From an uncultured Pelagibacteraceae bacterium (GTDB taxonomy: Bacteria > Pseudomonadota > Alphaproteobacteria > Pelagibacterales > Pelagibacteraceae): DNA of 64,000 nucleotides. Location of the stretch: assembly GCA_902601545.1 (NCBI GenBank), contig CACKNR010000004.1, positions 552 through 64,551 on the forward strand. Direction: 5' to 3'. A program made the position numbers and the translations under genes. Positions 32,037 through 40,487 of the stretch are shown piece by piece. How positions within the stretch are numbered: the first letter of the stretch is position 1; every line of letters starts with the position of its first letter. The notes under the pieces were generated by a model, which was not told where the DNA came from, did not search any database, and saw only the letters and a program-made list of their open reading frames with translations.

Positions 32037-33570
32037 AAATTTTTATATAACAACCCCAATATATTATCCTTCTGGAAAACCTCATATGGGACATGCTTAT
32101 TCAAGTATAATCGCAGATATATTTGCACGATTTAAAAGAATTGAAGGTTACAATGTTTTATTTTTAACTGGAACAGATGAACATGGTCAGAAAATCCAAA
32201 AAGAGGCTGAAAAAAATAAAAAAGATCCTCAAATTTTTTGTGATGAATTGTCGAGTACCTTTAAATCCTTAACAAAAACTCTCAATCTTTCAAATGATGA
32301 TTTTATTAGAACGACAGAGTCTAGACATTTTAAGTCAGTTAATGAAATTTGGAATAGACTAGTAAAATCGGGAGATATATATTTAGACAAGTATAGTGGA
32401 TGGTACTCTGTTTCTGATGAGGCTTTTTATGATGATGATGAAATTGAAGATAAAGATGGTAAAAAAATTTCAAGATTATCAGGATCCTCGGTAGAATGGG
32501 TTGAGGAAAATTCTTACTTCTTTAAACTTTCTGCTTGGCAAGATAAACTTTTAGAATACTATAAAAAAAATAAAGATTTTATTTTACCTTTATCAAGAAG
32601 AAATGAAGTTGTAAGTTTTGTAGAAAAAGGTCTTAAAGATTTGTCAATTAGCAGAACTTCCTTTTCCTGGGGAATTCCAGTACCTACTAATAACGATCAT
32701 GTAATTTATGTTTGGTTAGATGCATTAACTAATTACATAAGTGCATTAAATTTTCCAGACACTAATGATCGTAAGTTTAGAAATTTTTGGCCTGCCGATG
32801 TTCATATTATAGGAAAGGATATACTCAGATTCCATGCTATATATTGGCCGGCTTTTTTATTTGCTGCTGAGTTACCTTTGCCTAAACGAATTTTTGGACA
32901 TGGCTGGATTTTATCTGATGAAAAAAAAATGTCAAAATCGTTGGGAAATATTTTAGACCCTATTCAAATAATTACTAAGTATGGAGTAGATCAATTAAGA
33001 TATTATTTAGTAAAAGAAGTTTCTTTAGGAAATGATGGAAGTATATCTATGGAAAATCTTAAAAATTGTATCAATAATGATTTAGCAAATAATTATGGAA
33101 ATTTATGTCAAAGAGTTTTTTCTTTTGTAAAGAAAAATTGTAATAATAAAATACCTAAAGCTAATAATTTAAAAGAAGTTGATTTAAAATTAATTGGCAA
33201 CATTAAATCAAGTGTTCCAAGTTTAATTAATTTAATTAATAAACAAGATCTTAATAGCTATCTAAAAATGATAGTGAGTTTCTCTTTTGAAGCAAATAAA
33301 TACTTTAATGACTCAGAGCCATGGACTTACAAAATGAGAGACCCAGAAAGAATGAACACAATTCTATATACTATTATTGAGCAAATAAAAAATATTTCTA
33401 TACTTTTAAATCCAATAATACCCAATTCCACTCAAACAGTTTTAGAAACATTGAATATTTCTCAAGATAAGTTTTCTATTGAAAATGTATTAAAAGATAA
33501 TATTTTTAACCACAATCAAGAACTTAAAAATTTAGATATATTATTTAAAAAAATTGAAAATGATAATTGA
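32029..33570 (+). CDS. metG: Methionine--tRNA ligase
   Basis: PHMGHAY, GTDEHG, YVWLDAL, GKDILRFH, KMSKS. Confidence 0.98.
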   Translation: MSKNFYITTPIYYPSGKPHMGHAYSSIIADIFARFKRIEGYNVLFLTGTDEHGQKIQKEAEKNKKDPQIFCDELSSTFKSLTKTLNLSNDDFIRTTESRHFKSVNEIWNRLVKSGDIYLDKYSGWYSVSDEAFYDDDEIEDKDGKKISRLSGSSVEWVEENSYFFKLSAWQDKLLEYYKKNKDFILPLSRRNEVVSFVEKGLKDLSISRTSFSWGIPVPTNNDHVIYVWLDALTNYISALNFPDTNDRKFRNFWPADVHIIGKDILRFHAIYWPAFLFAAELPLPKRIFGHGWILSDEKKMSKSLGNILDPIQIITKYGVDQLRYYLVKEVSLGNDGSISMENLKNCINNDLANNYGNLCQRVFSFVKKNCNNKIPKANNLKEVDLKLIGNIKSSVPSLINLINKQDLNSYLKMIVSFSFEANKYFNDSEPWTYKMRDPERMNTILYTIIEQIKNISILLNPIIPNSTQTVLETLNISQDKFSIENVLKDNIFNHNQELKNLDILFKKIENDN

Positions 33571-34336
33571 TTCTCACTGTCACCTGACTTATGAACCTAT
33601 GTCTTCGTCTTTAGATGACACAGTCACTAGAGCTTTTAATGAGGGTGTGAAATACATGTTGACTATATCAACAGATGATAAGAATTTTCAGAATATATTA
33701 AAAATAATTTCTAACTATAAAAATATTTATGGCACTTATGGAATACATCCTCACGAAGCAAAATTTTATAAATCAATTGACTCTAAGCAAATTCAAGAAA
33801 AAATTAAATTAAACAAAAAAATAATTGGAATTGGTGAAAGTGGATTAGATTTTTTTTACAATCATTCAGATAAAAAAGATCAAATTAAATGTTTTGAACA
33901 ACATATTTTAGCCTCACTGGAGAGTAATTTACCAATAATTGTCCATACGAGAGCAGCTGAAAAAGAAACATTAGATATTTTAAGAAAATATAATAATATA
34001 AAAGATCTAAAAATATTAATTCATTGTTTTACTGGTTCAAAAGATTTTGCATTTAAATTATTAGATCTTAATGCCTATATCTCTGCGAGTGGTGTAGTTA
34101 CTTTTAAAAAGTCCCAAGAATTAGCCTCAACGTTTAAAGATATTCCTAATGATAAAATCTTGGTTGAGACTGACTCCCCATATTTAGCTCCAGTGCCTTT
34201 AAGGGGTAAATCAAATGAACCGAGCTATCTAGTTCATACTGTAAAATTTTTATCATCATTAAAAAATCTAACTTTTGATGAATTTTCGGATATAACGACA
34301 AAAAATTTTTTTAAACTTTTCGGCGAGCTAAATTGA
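33560..34336 (+). CDS. tatD: TatD family nuclease
   Basis: IDSHCHL, GIHPH, IGESGLD, HCF, ETDSPYL. Confidence 0.95.
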   Translation: MIIDSHCHLTYEPMSSSLDDTVTRAFNEGVKYMLTISTDDKNFQNILKIISNYKNIYGTYGIHPHEAKFYKSIDSKQIQEKIKLNKKIIGIGESGLDFFYNHSDKKDQIKCFEQHILASLESNLPIIVHTRAAEKETLDILRKYNNIKDLKILIHCFTGSKDFAFKLLDLNAYISASGVVTFKKSQELASTFKDIPNDKILVETDSPYLAPVPLRGKSNEPSYLVHTVKFLSSLKNLTFDEFSDITTKNFFKLFGELN

Positions 34337-35103
34337 CAAATAAGTTTACAATATTAGGTTGTGGTAGTTCCCTTGGCTCTCCATGGATTAATCAAAATTG
34401 GGGTAATTGTAATAAAAAAAATTTTAAAAATATAAGGACTAGGTGTTGTGCTCACGTTCAGTACAAATCTATATCAATATTAATTGATACTTCTCCAGAT
34501 ATAAGACAACAATTAATTAGCAATAATATAAAAGATATTGATGCAATAGTTTATACTCATGAACATGCCGATCAAACTGCTGGAATCTTTGAATTTAGAC
34601 CTTTTTATTTTGCTAAAAAAAAAAAAATACCAATTTATTGTAATTTAGAAACAAAAATAAGAATTACTAAATCCTACCCGTGGCTTTTTAAAAGCAGCAA
34701 GTTATATCCTCAAACTTTGCAAATAAAAAATTTATCAAATAATTTTTGGATTAAAAAAAAAAAATTTAAAATTCATTTTGAATCTATTTTAGTAAAGCAT
34801 GGACGATTTAAAACTAGAGGTTATTTTTTTAAAAATATTGCTTATATATCTGATTGTAACGAAATTCCTGAAAGTTCATTAAACAAATTAAAAAACTTAA
34901 ACTATTTGATAATTGATTGTTTTCGTTTTGACGCACATATAACTCATTTAAATTTAAGTAAAACTTTAAAATTAATTGAATTATTAAAACCAAAAAAAGC
35001 AATACTTACCAATATGCATATAGATTTAGATTACGAATATTTAAAAAAAAATTTACCAAAAAATGTATCTCCAGCATTTGATGGAATGAGTTTTAAGTTT
35101 TAA
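34333..35103 (+). CDS. MBL-fold metallo-hydrolase (PhnP-like)
   Basis: ILGCGSS, IDTSPD, THEHADQ, YISD; TTG start. Confidence 0.88.
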   Translation: MTNKFTILGCGSSLGSPWINQNWGNCNKKNFKNIRTRCCAHVQYKSISILIDTSPDIRQQLISNNIKDIDAIVYTHEHADQTAGIFEFRPFYFAKKKKIPIYCNLETKIRITKSYPWLFKSSKLYPQTLQIKNLSNNFWIKKKKFKIHFESILVKHGRFKTRGYFFKNIAYISDCNEIPESSLNKLKNLNYLIIDCFRFDAHITHLNLSKTLKLIELLKPKKAILTNMHIDLDYEYLKKNLPKNVSPAFDGMSFKF

Positions 35104-35636
35104 ATTAATTTATTTATAGCTTCTAAAAACTTTTTAGAAAGTGGTTTTGTTATAGAGGAAAATGTTTCTGCAACTTTTCCATCTCTACCAATTATTATTT
35201 TATGAAAATTCCACTTTGGTATTGCACCAATTCCATAATCTTTCCTTGCCCATTTGTAAAATGGATGTGAATTATTTCCTATTACACTAATCTTTTCTGT
35301 CATCGGAAATGTAATTCCAAAATTTGTTTCACAAAAGTTTTTTATTTCTTTATTGTTACCAGGTTCTTGTCTGAAGTTGTTAGTGGGGACTCCTAATACA
35401 ACTAAATTTTTACTTTCATATTCAGACCACAATGTTTGGAGATCTTCGTATTGAGGCGTGTAACCACATCTGCTCGCAACATTTACTACTACAATTACCT
35501 TTCCTTTGTACTGACTTAGTTTTATTAAGTCTCCATCTATACTATTAAATTCGTAATCATAAGCGGTACCATTATTCCCAGCTATAACTTTTGAAAAAAA
35601 ACTGAACATAAATAAAATAATGAATATTTTTTTCAT
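35100..35636 (-). CDS. Cys-type glutathione peroxidase with signal peptide
   Basis: NVASRCGYT, QEPG, KWNFHK. Confidence 0.93.
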   Translation of the reverse strand: MKKIFIILFMFSFFSKVIAGNNGTAYDYEFNSIDGDLIKLSQYKGKVIVVVNVASRCGYTPQYEDLQTLWSEYESKNLVVLGVPTNNFRQEPGNNKEIKNFCETNFGITFPMTEKISVIGNNSHPFYKWARKDYGIGAIPKWNFHKIIIGRDGKVAETFSSITKPLSKKFLEAINKLI

Positions 35637-36034
35637 AATTTTAATACTTTTAATACTGCATCAATTGGTAAAAATATACATTTAAATCTATTAAAATTGT
35701 CGCTGTTTAGCAACTTTTCAAAATCAGATAACCTCTTAGGAATTTTTACATTTTTTTTTAATGATATTTTTTTTAAAGTTATTAAATCATTTTTAATATC
35801 TTTTAATTTAGCGTTTTTTATTTTTCTCGATAGGAGACTTGCTGAGGCCTCACAATACACACAGGATATAGTCTCGTATTTCATTGAACTTATCTTTTTT
35901 TTATTTGCTATTAGCTCTAAAGTAATTTTGTCTCCACATGTTGAGTTTTTTAAAGATATCTTGTGTGAGTATTTTTTTTTAAGACCTACATTTGAAGTAT
36001 TAGAAGCTAATCTAATGATATCTTTGTTGATCAT
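35633..36034 (-). CDS. IscU/NifU-N-like Fe-S scaffold protein
   Basis: NSTCGD, CVYCEASAS, RFKC. Confidence 0.85.
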   Translation of the reverse strand: MINKDIIRLASNTSNVGLKKKYSHKISLKNSTCGDKITLELIANKKKISSMKYETISCVYCEASASLLSRKIKNAKLKDIKNDLITLKKISLKKNVKIPKRLSDFEKLLNSDNFNRFKCIFLPIDAVLKVLKL

Positions 36035-37203
36035 TTCTTTGAAGAAAATAAAAGTAAGAAATATCCAAAGAGTGTAGAAAGAAGCGAGCCAGTTAACACT
36101 CCAATTTTAACTCCATCCATATATTCTAAATTATTTACAAAAGCCAAATTTCCAACAAATAAACTCATTGTAAATCCAATACCTGTTAATATTGATACTC
36201 CATATAGTGATAACCAAGTGGAACCGGATGGTTTATCGGCAAACTTAAGTTTAACAGATATATAAGAGAGGGCAAAAACACCAATTTGTTTTCCAAAAAA
36301 TAGACCCAAAACAATTCCAAGAGGTACAGGATTTAACAAAGTAGCAAAAGTAAGTCCTTCAAGTGAAACTCCTGCATTAGCAAAAGCAAAAAGCGGCATT
36401 ATTCCAAAAGCTACATAAGGCGACAATCCATGTTCTAATTTAAGTAACATTGACTCTTTACTCTTATTTTTGTTATGTGGAATTGTTAGGGCTAATAGAA
36501 CACCTGCAATTGTAGCATGTATTCCTGATTGATGAGTAAAATCCCAAAGAAAAATTCCTACAATAAAAAAAGGTATAAAACTTTTTATTTTATATTTATT
36601 AAGAGCTATTAAAACAATCAAAGATAATAACATCAGAAGTAAATATTTTGCTTCAATATTTCCAGAATAAAAAAAGGCAATAATAACAATTGCCCCTAAA
36701 TCATCGATAATTGCTAGAGCAGTCAAAAAAACTTTAAGCGATATCGGAACCCTTTTGCCTAATAATGATAAAACTCCTAAAGAAAAAGCAATATCTGTAG
36801 CCGAAGGTATAGCCCAACCATTTAATGTTGTGCTGTCAGAATAATTTACAACGATATAGAATAATGCCGGTACCGCCATCCCCCCAACTGCACCAATGAT
36901 AGGTAGCATAGCTTGTTTTGGATTAGATAATTCTCCCTGAATAAATTCTCTTTTTATCTCTAATGAAACGAAAAAGAAAAATATAGCCATCAGAACATCA
37001 TTTATCCAATGAAGCACACTTAGTTTTAAACCAAACTCTTTAGTACCAAGTGTTATATATTTTTCTAAGGTAGAAAAATAAATTTCACTTAAGCTACCAT
37101 TGCTAATTATAAGCGCTAGTATTGCAGCAAATAACAAAACTAACCCAGAAGCAGCCTCAAGTTTAAAAAAATATTTAAATGGTTTTGTAATATGCTGTAT
37201 CAT
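36031..37203 (-). CDS. nhaA: Na+/H+ antiporter NhaA
   Basis: HWINDVLMAIFF, ATDIAF, LAIIDDLG, GIGFTMSLF. Confidence 0.97.
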   Translation of the reverse strand: MIQHITKPFKYFFKLEAASGLVLLFAAILALIISNGSLSEIYFSTLEKYITLGTKEFGLKLSVLHWINDVLMAIFFFFVSLEIKREFIQGELSNPKQAMLPIIGAVGGMAVPALFYIVVNYSDSTTLNGWAIPSATDIAFSLGVLSLLGKRVPISLKVFLTALAIIDDLGAIVIIAFFYSGNIEAKYLLLMLLSLIVLIALNKYKIKSFIPFFIVGIFLWDFTHQSGIHATIAGVLLALTIPHNKNKSKESMLLKLEHGLSPYVAFGIMPLFAFANAGVSLEGLTFATLLNPVPLGIVLGLFFGKQIGVFALSYISVKLKFADKPSGSTWLSLYGVSILTGIGFTMSLFVGNLAFVNNLEYMDGVKIGVLTGSLLSTLFGYFLLLFSSKK

Positions 37204-37276
37204 TGGTATTATTTACTTCTATAGAGACCATCTTTCAATTGCCAAAATCACTTAATTAACCTATAAAACAGACATT

Positions 37277-37353
<77 letters not shown>

Positions 37354-37361
37354 TTATAAAC

Positions 37362-37646
37362 ATGAAAAAAGCTAAAATTTATATTCCTGCTAAAACTGCG
37401 ATGCAATCGGGCAGGGGTAAACTTAAAAATTGGGTATTAGAATTTATAACTAAAGATCCCTCAATAAATCCTTTAATGGGGTGGGAAACATCGACGGATA
37501 CCCTTGAAGAAGTTGTTCTAAAGTTTCCATCAAAAGAAAAAGCTATAGAATATGCTGAAAAAAATAATATATCTTATAATGTTATTGAACCTAACAAGAA
37601 AGAATTTGTTATAAAATCATACGCAGATAATTTTCTTAAGGATTAA
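37362..37646 (+). CDS. Complex I accessory subunit (NDUFS4-like)
   Basis: KIYIPAKTAMQSG, PLMGW, SYADNF. Confidence 0.93.
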   Translation: MKKAKIYIPAKTAMQSGRGKLKNWVLEFITKDPSINPLMGWETSTDTLEEVVLKFPSKEKAIEYAEKNNISYNVIEPNKKEFVIKSYADNFLKD

Positions 37647-37648
37647 AT

Positions 37649-38656
37649 ATGTGGAGAAGTTTTTTTAGAGATAAAAAATGGTTTTATTGGTCCTACGGAG
37701 GAGGTTTTTTTATTATTTCTTTGCTAGTGATGCAAACCTATTTAGATGTTCTATTTAATAGTTGGTACAAGGATTTTTATGATATTCTCCAAACAGCCGA
37801 GAAACGTGAGATATCAGAGTTTTGGGATTCAATAAAAAGGTTTTTATATATAGCATTGCCATACGTCACACTTTTTGCCTTCACTAATTGGTTCACAAGG
37901 TTATGGGCATTTAGATGGAGAGAGGCAATGACGTTTTCCTATATGCCATATTGGAGAGCTACTGAAGCAAAAGTAGAGGGTTCATCTCAAAGAATTCAAG
38001 AAGACTGTATGAATTTTGCAAAAATTGTTGAATCAATTGGATTGCAGGTTGTTAAGGCTATTATGACATTAATAGCGTTTATTCCTATTTTATGGGTTCT
38101 TTCTTCAAATGTTAATGTTCCTTTTTTAAACAATATATCTGGATCTCTAGTGTGGGTAGCACTTACACTCAGTTTAGGTGGGATACTTATTAGTTGGTTG
38201 GTTGGAATAAAATTACCTGGTCTTGAATATAACAATCAGAAAGTTGAAGCAGCATTTAGGAAAGAATTAGTCTACGGAGAAGATGATAGAAAAAATTACG
38301 TTCAAGCTCCTACAATTTTACAATTGTTCACTGGTATAAGATTCAATTATCATAAACTATTTTTACATTACGGATATTTTGATTTATGGGCCATATGGTA
38401 CAGACAATTATTTGTTATTGTTCCATTTCTTATAATGGCACCAGGTTTGTTTACTGCAGCGTTCACTTTGGGTGTAATGATGCAAGTTGTAAATGCATTT
38501 GGTGAAGTTAAAGACGCTTTTTCTGTATTTTTGTATAATTGGACAAGAATTACAGAACTAAGATCAATACATAAGCGATTAATGGAGTTCGAAACAGCAA
38601 TTAATTATGACACTAATAAGTTGAGAAAGCCTCGAAAATCTGATGTAAGAGTTTAA
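37649..38656 (+). CDS. SbmA/BacA-family transporter
   Basis: FRWREAM, EGSSQRIQED, LPGLEYNNQKVEAAFRKELV. Confidence 0.9.
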   Translation: MWRSFFRDKKWFYWSYGGGFFIISLLVMQTYLDVLFNSWYKDFYDILQTAEKREISEFWDSIKRFLYIALPYVTLFAFTNWFTRLWAFRWREAMTFSYMPYWRATEAKVEGSSQRIQEDCMNFAKIVESIGLQVVKAIMTLIAFIPILWVLSSNVNVPFLNNISGSLVWVALTLSLGGILISWLVGIKLPGLEYNNQKVEAAFRKELVYGEDDRKNYVQAPTILQLFTGIRFNYHKLFLHYGYFDLWAIWYRQLFVIVPFLIMAPGLFTAAFTLGVMMQVVNAFGEVKDAFSVFLYNWTRITELRSIHKRLMEFETAINYDTNKLRKPRKSDVRV

Positions 38657-39553
38657 TGGAACTCTATATCAAACTGATAGACGTCATACTTCCAGTATTT
38701 TTTGTAATTGGTATAGGCTATTACCTTGGAAAAAAAGATCCAAATTTTAACACCGATTTTATAACCACCTTGGCTGGCAATGTGGGTACACCTGCAATGA
38801 TTTTTTACACTATTACTTCTACAGGTGTAACTTTAGAAACATTTATAGAATATTTTACATATGCTTTAATAATAATAGGCGGGTTTGCTGTAGTAGGATT
38901 GATTGTTCTTGCTTTAATGAAAAAAGACTTTGTAAGCGAACTTCCTCCATTAATTTTACCAAATACTGGTAATATGGGTATACCTATTTGTTTATTTGCC
39001 TATGGTACAGAGGGTTTAGGTGTAGCCTCAGCTATAGCATCAGTAATTATCTTGCTTCACTTCACATTAGGAGTACTTTTAGCAAAAAAAAAGTTTTTCA
39101 CTGAAAATATTAATTACTAATATGCCTATTTACGGGATAATAACAGCTGTGATTGTTTTATATTATGATTGGGAGGTCCCTGGTTTTGTAGTTAATACCA
39201 CGTTTTTATTAACCTACGCTACAATATTTCTGGTTCTTATGTCCTTAGGAATCGCATTAACAAAATTAAAAGTAGTATCATGGTTGAATGCATCCATTTT
39301 AAGCGGCGTAAGAATTATAATTGGTCCCTTGATTGGATTTGGTTTAATTAAATATTTAAACCTTACTGGATTAGCTGCTGGAGTGCTTTTAATTCAGTCT
39401 GCTATGCCAAGTGCTATATTAACTTATTTAGTGGGCTCTATGTATTCAGAGAAAAGGGTAGTCGATAGTATTGCCAGCGTTATAGTTACTTCCACACTAA
39501 TGTCATTTATCACTATCCCAATTGTTGTCTATTTAAGTCTTAAATATTTCTAA
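38656..39553 (+). pseudogene. AEC (auxin efflux carrier) family transporter split by a one-base frameshift in an A9 run
   Basis: ORFs 38656-39120 and 39122-39553 join (..LAKKSFSLKILITNMPIYG..) if one A of 39084-39092 is removed; PNTGNMGIP and QSAMPSA motifs. Confidence 0.8.
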
Positions 39554-39599
39554 TAAATACAGTAACTTAAGTTAAATAATTAAAGTAATATATCAAGTA

Positions 39600-39622
39600 A
39601 TATGTAAGCACTATTTACATAT
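39600..39622. repeat. Inverted repeat ATATGTAA-N7-TTACATAT
   Basis: Perfect 8-bp arms, spacer GCACTAT, in non-coding region. Confidence 0.6.
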
Positions 39623-39631
39623 AAAGCGGCA

Positions 39632-39647
39632 AATGTATATATACATT
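39632..39647. repeat. Perfect 16-bp palindrome AATGTATATATACATT
   Basis: Read directly from sequence. Confidence 0.7.
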
Positions 39648-39905
39648 GAAAAATTACACTTTAGTGAAATAGAAATATTAGAGATTAATATAAAAATGAA
39701 TTTAAAATAAGTGTATTAATCAGAAAAACGACAAAATTTAAATAATGATAAGTCAAAAACATTTAAAATTGCCGGCAATAGAGCATTTTAAAAGCATTAG
39801 TAATCAACAATTCTATAAGCTTTGCGTTTATTGAATATGCCATTTAAACGGCCATAGAGGGTGTTTTTTTTGTGATCATTGGTTTTTGAGTACAACTCAC
39901 TGGTG

Positions 39906-39914
39906 TGTGGATAA
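39906..39914 (-). promoter_or_regulatory. Consensus DnaA box (TTATCCACA on minus strand)
   Basis: TGTGGATAA, 9/9 match; single copy, function unproven. Confidence 0.4.
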
Positions 39915-39967
39915 AAAAAACAGTGAAATAGGGGCCAATAGACCCGATCGCCCGTCAAATAACAATT

Positions 39968-40243
39968 CTAGAGCTTTATGCCCTCTTTTTTTAGCAGAAA
40001 TCTCTTAGTTTTTATACCTCCTCTGCCTGAATAGCCGCCGAGCGATCCGTCAGATCTTATTACTCTATGACAAGGTATTTTGGGCGCATGGGGGTTTTTT
40101 CCTATAGCATTAGCTACAGCACGTGCAGCAAACGGTTTTCCTATTGCTTTTGCTACTTGAGAGTAGGTTTTAACTCTTCCACGGGGTATTTTCCTTAAAT
40201 AAGCCCATACTTTAAGCTGAAATTTAGTACCTGTTAGCCTCAT
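39968..40243 (-). CDS. ogt: Minimal O6-methylguanine-DNA methyltransferase (C-terminal domain only)
   Basis: FQLKVW, IPRGRVKTY, ARAVANA, active-site PCHRV, GGYSG. Confidence 0.9.
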   Translation of the reverse strand: MRLTGTKFQLKVWAYLRKIPRGRVKTYSQVAKAIGKPFAARAVANAIGKNPHAPKIPCHRVIRSDGSLGGYSGRGGIKTKRFLLKKEGIKL

Positions 40244-40407
40244 TAGTCAAATATTAGGTAAATTGTTAAAGATATTCCTATTAATAGGCCAATTATTAAG
40301 TTTATAGCTATCATTTTTTTGCCCTTTGAACTCGAGTTGGTCCAGAAGTAAGAGATTCCGTAAACCGCAGCTATAAATACTACTATAGGAAGAATAAATT
40401 TAATCAT
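40243..40407 (-). CDS. Small two-helix membrane protein (54 aa), not in the ORF track
   Basis: MIKFILPIVVFIAAVYGISYFWTNSSSKGKKMIAINLIIGLLIGISLTIYLIFD*; TAATG overlap with ogt start. Confidence 0.75.
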   Translation of the reverse strand: MIKFILPIVVFIAAVYGISYFWTNSSSKGKKMIAINLIIGLLIGISLTIYLIFD

Positions 40408-40426
40408 TACTTAGAAATTATATCTA

Positions 40427-40455
40427 TTGACATCTAAAATCACTTAATATATTAC
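40427..40455 (+). promoter_or_regulatory. Probable sigma70 promoter of the recombinase
   Basis: Perfect TTGACA at 40427-40432; TATATT/TATTAC -10 candidates at 40448-40455. Confidence 0.5.
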
Positions 40456-40487
40456 TAATGATAATTAATTGTTATCAATAGTAATAT
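40449..40487. repeat. lox-like inverted repeat, putative recombinase target: ATATTACTAATGATAA-TTAATTG-TTATCAATAGTAATAT
   Basis: 15/16 arm positions complementary, 7-bp asymmetric spacer; overlaps recombinase ATG. Confidence 0.75.

Noticed and set aside
39087-39093. A_AAA_AAG programmed -1 ribosomal frameshift in the AEC gene
   Set aside because: The downstream ORF is in the +1 frame, so a -1 shift would not restore it
39550-39577. TTAAGTTAAAT resembles the XerD arm of canonical dif (TTATGTTAAAT)
   Set aside because: The position of the XerC arm (CTAATAAATAC) lacks the conserved ..ATAA end; likely an AT-rich chance match
39745-39834. 29-codon ORF MISQKHLKLPAIEHFKSISNQQFYKLCVY
   Set aside because: No RBS or recognisable motif; a length expected by chance
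39554-39967. oriC (AT-rich region with a DnaA box)
   Set aside because: Only one box seen, no origin-linked genes, and gene orientation converges rather than diverges here
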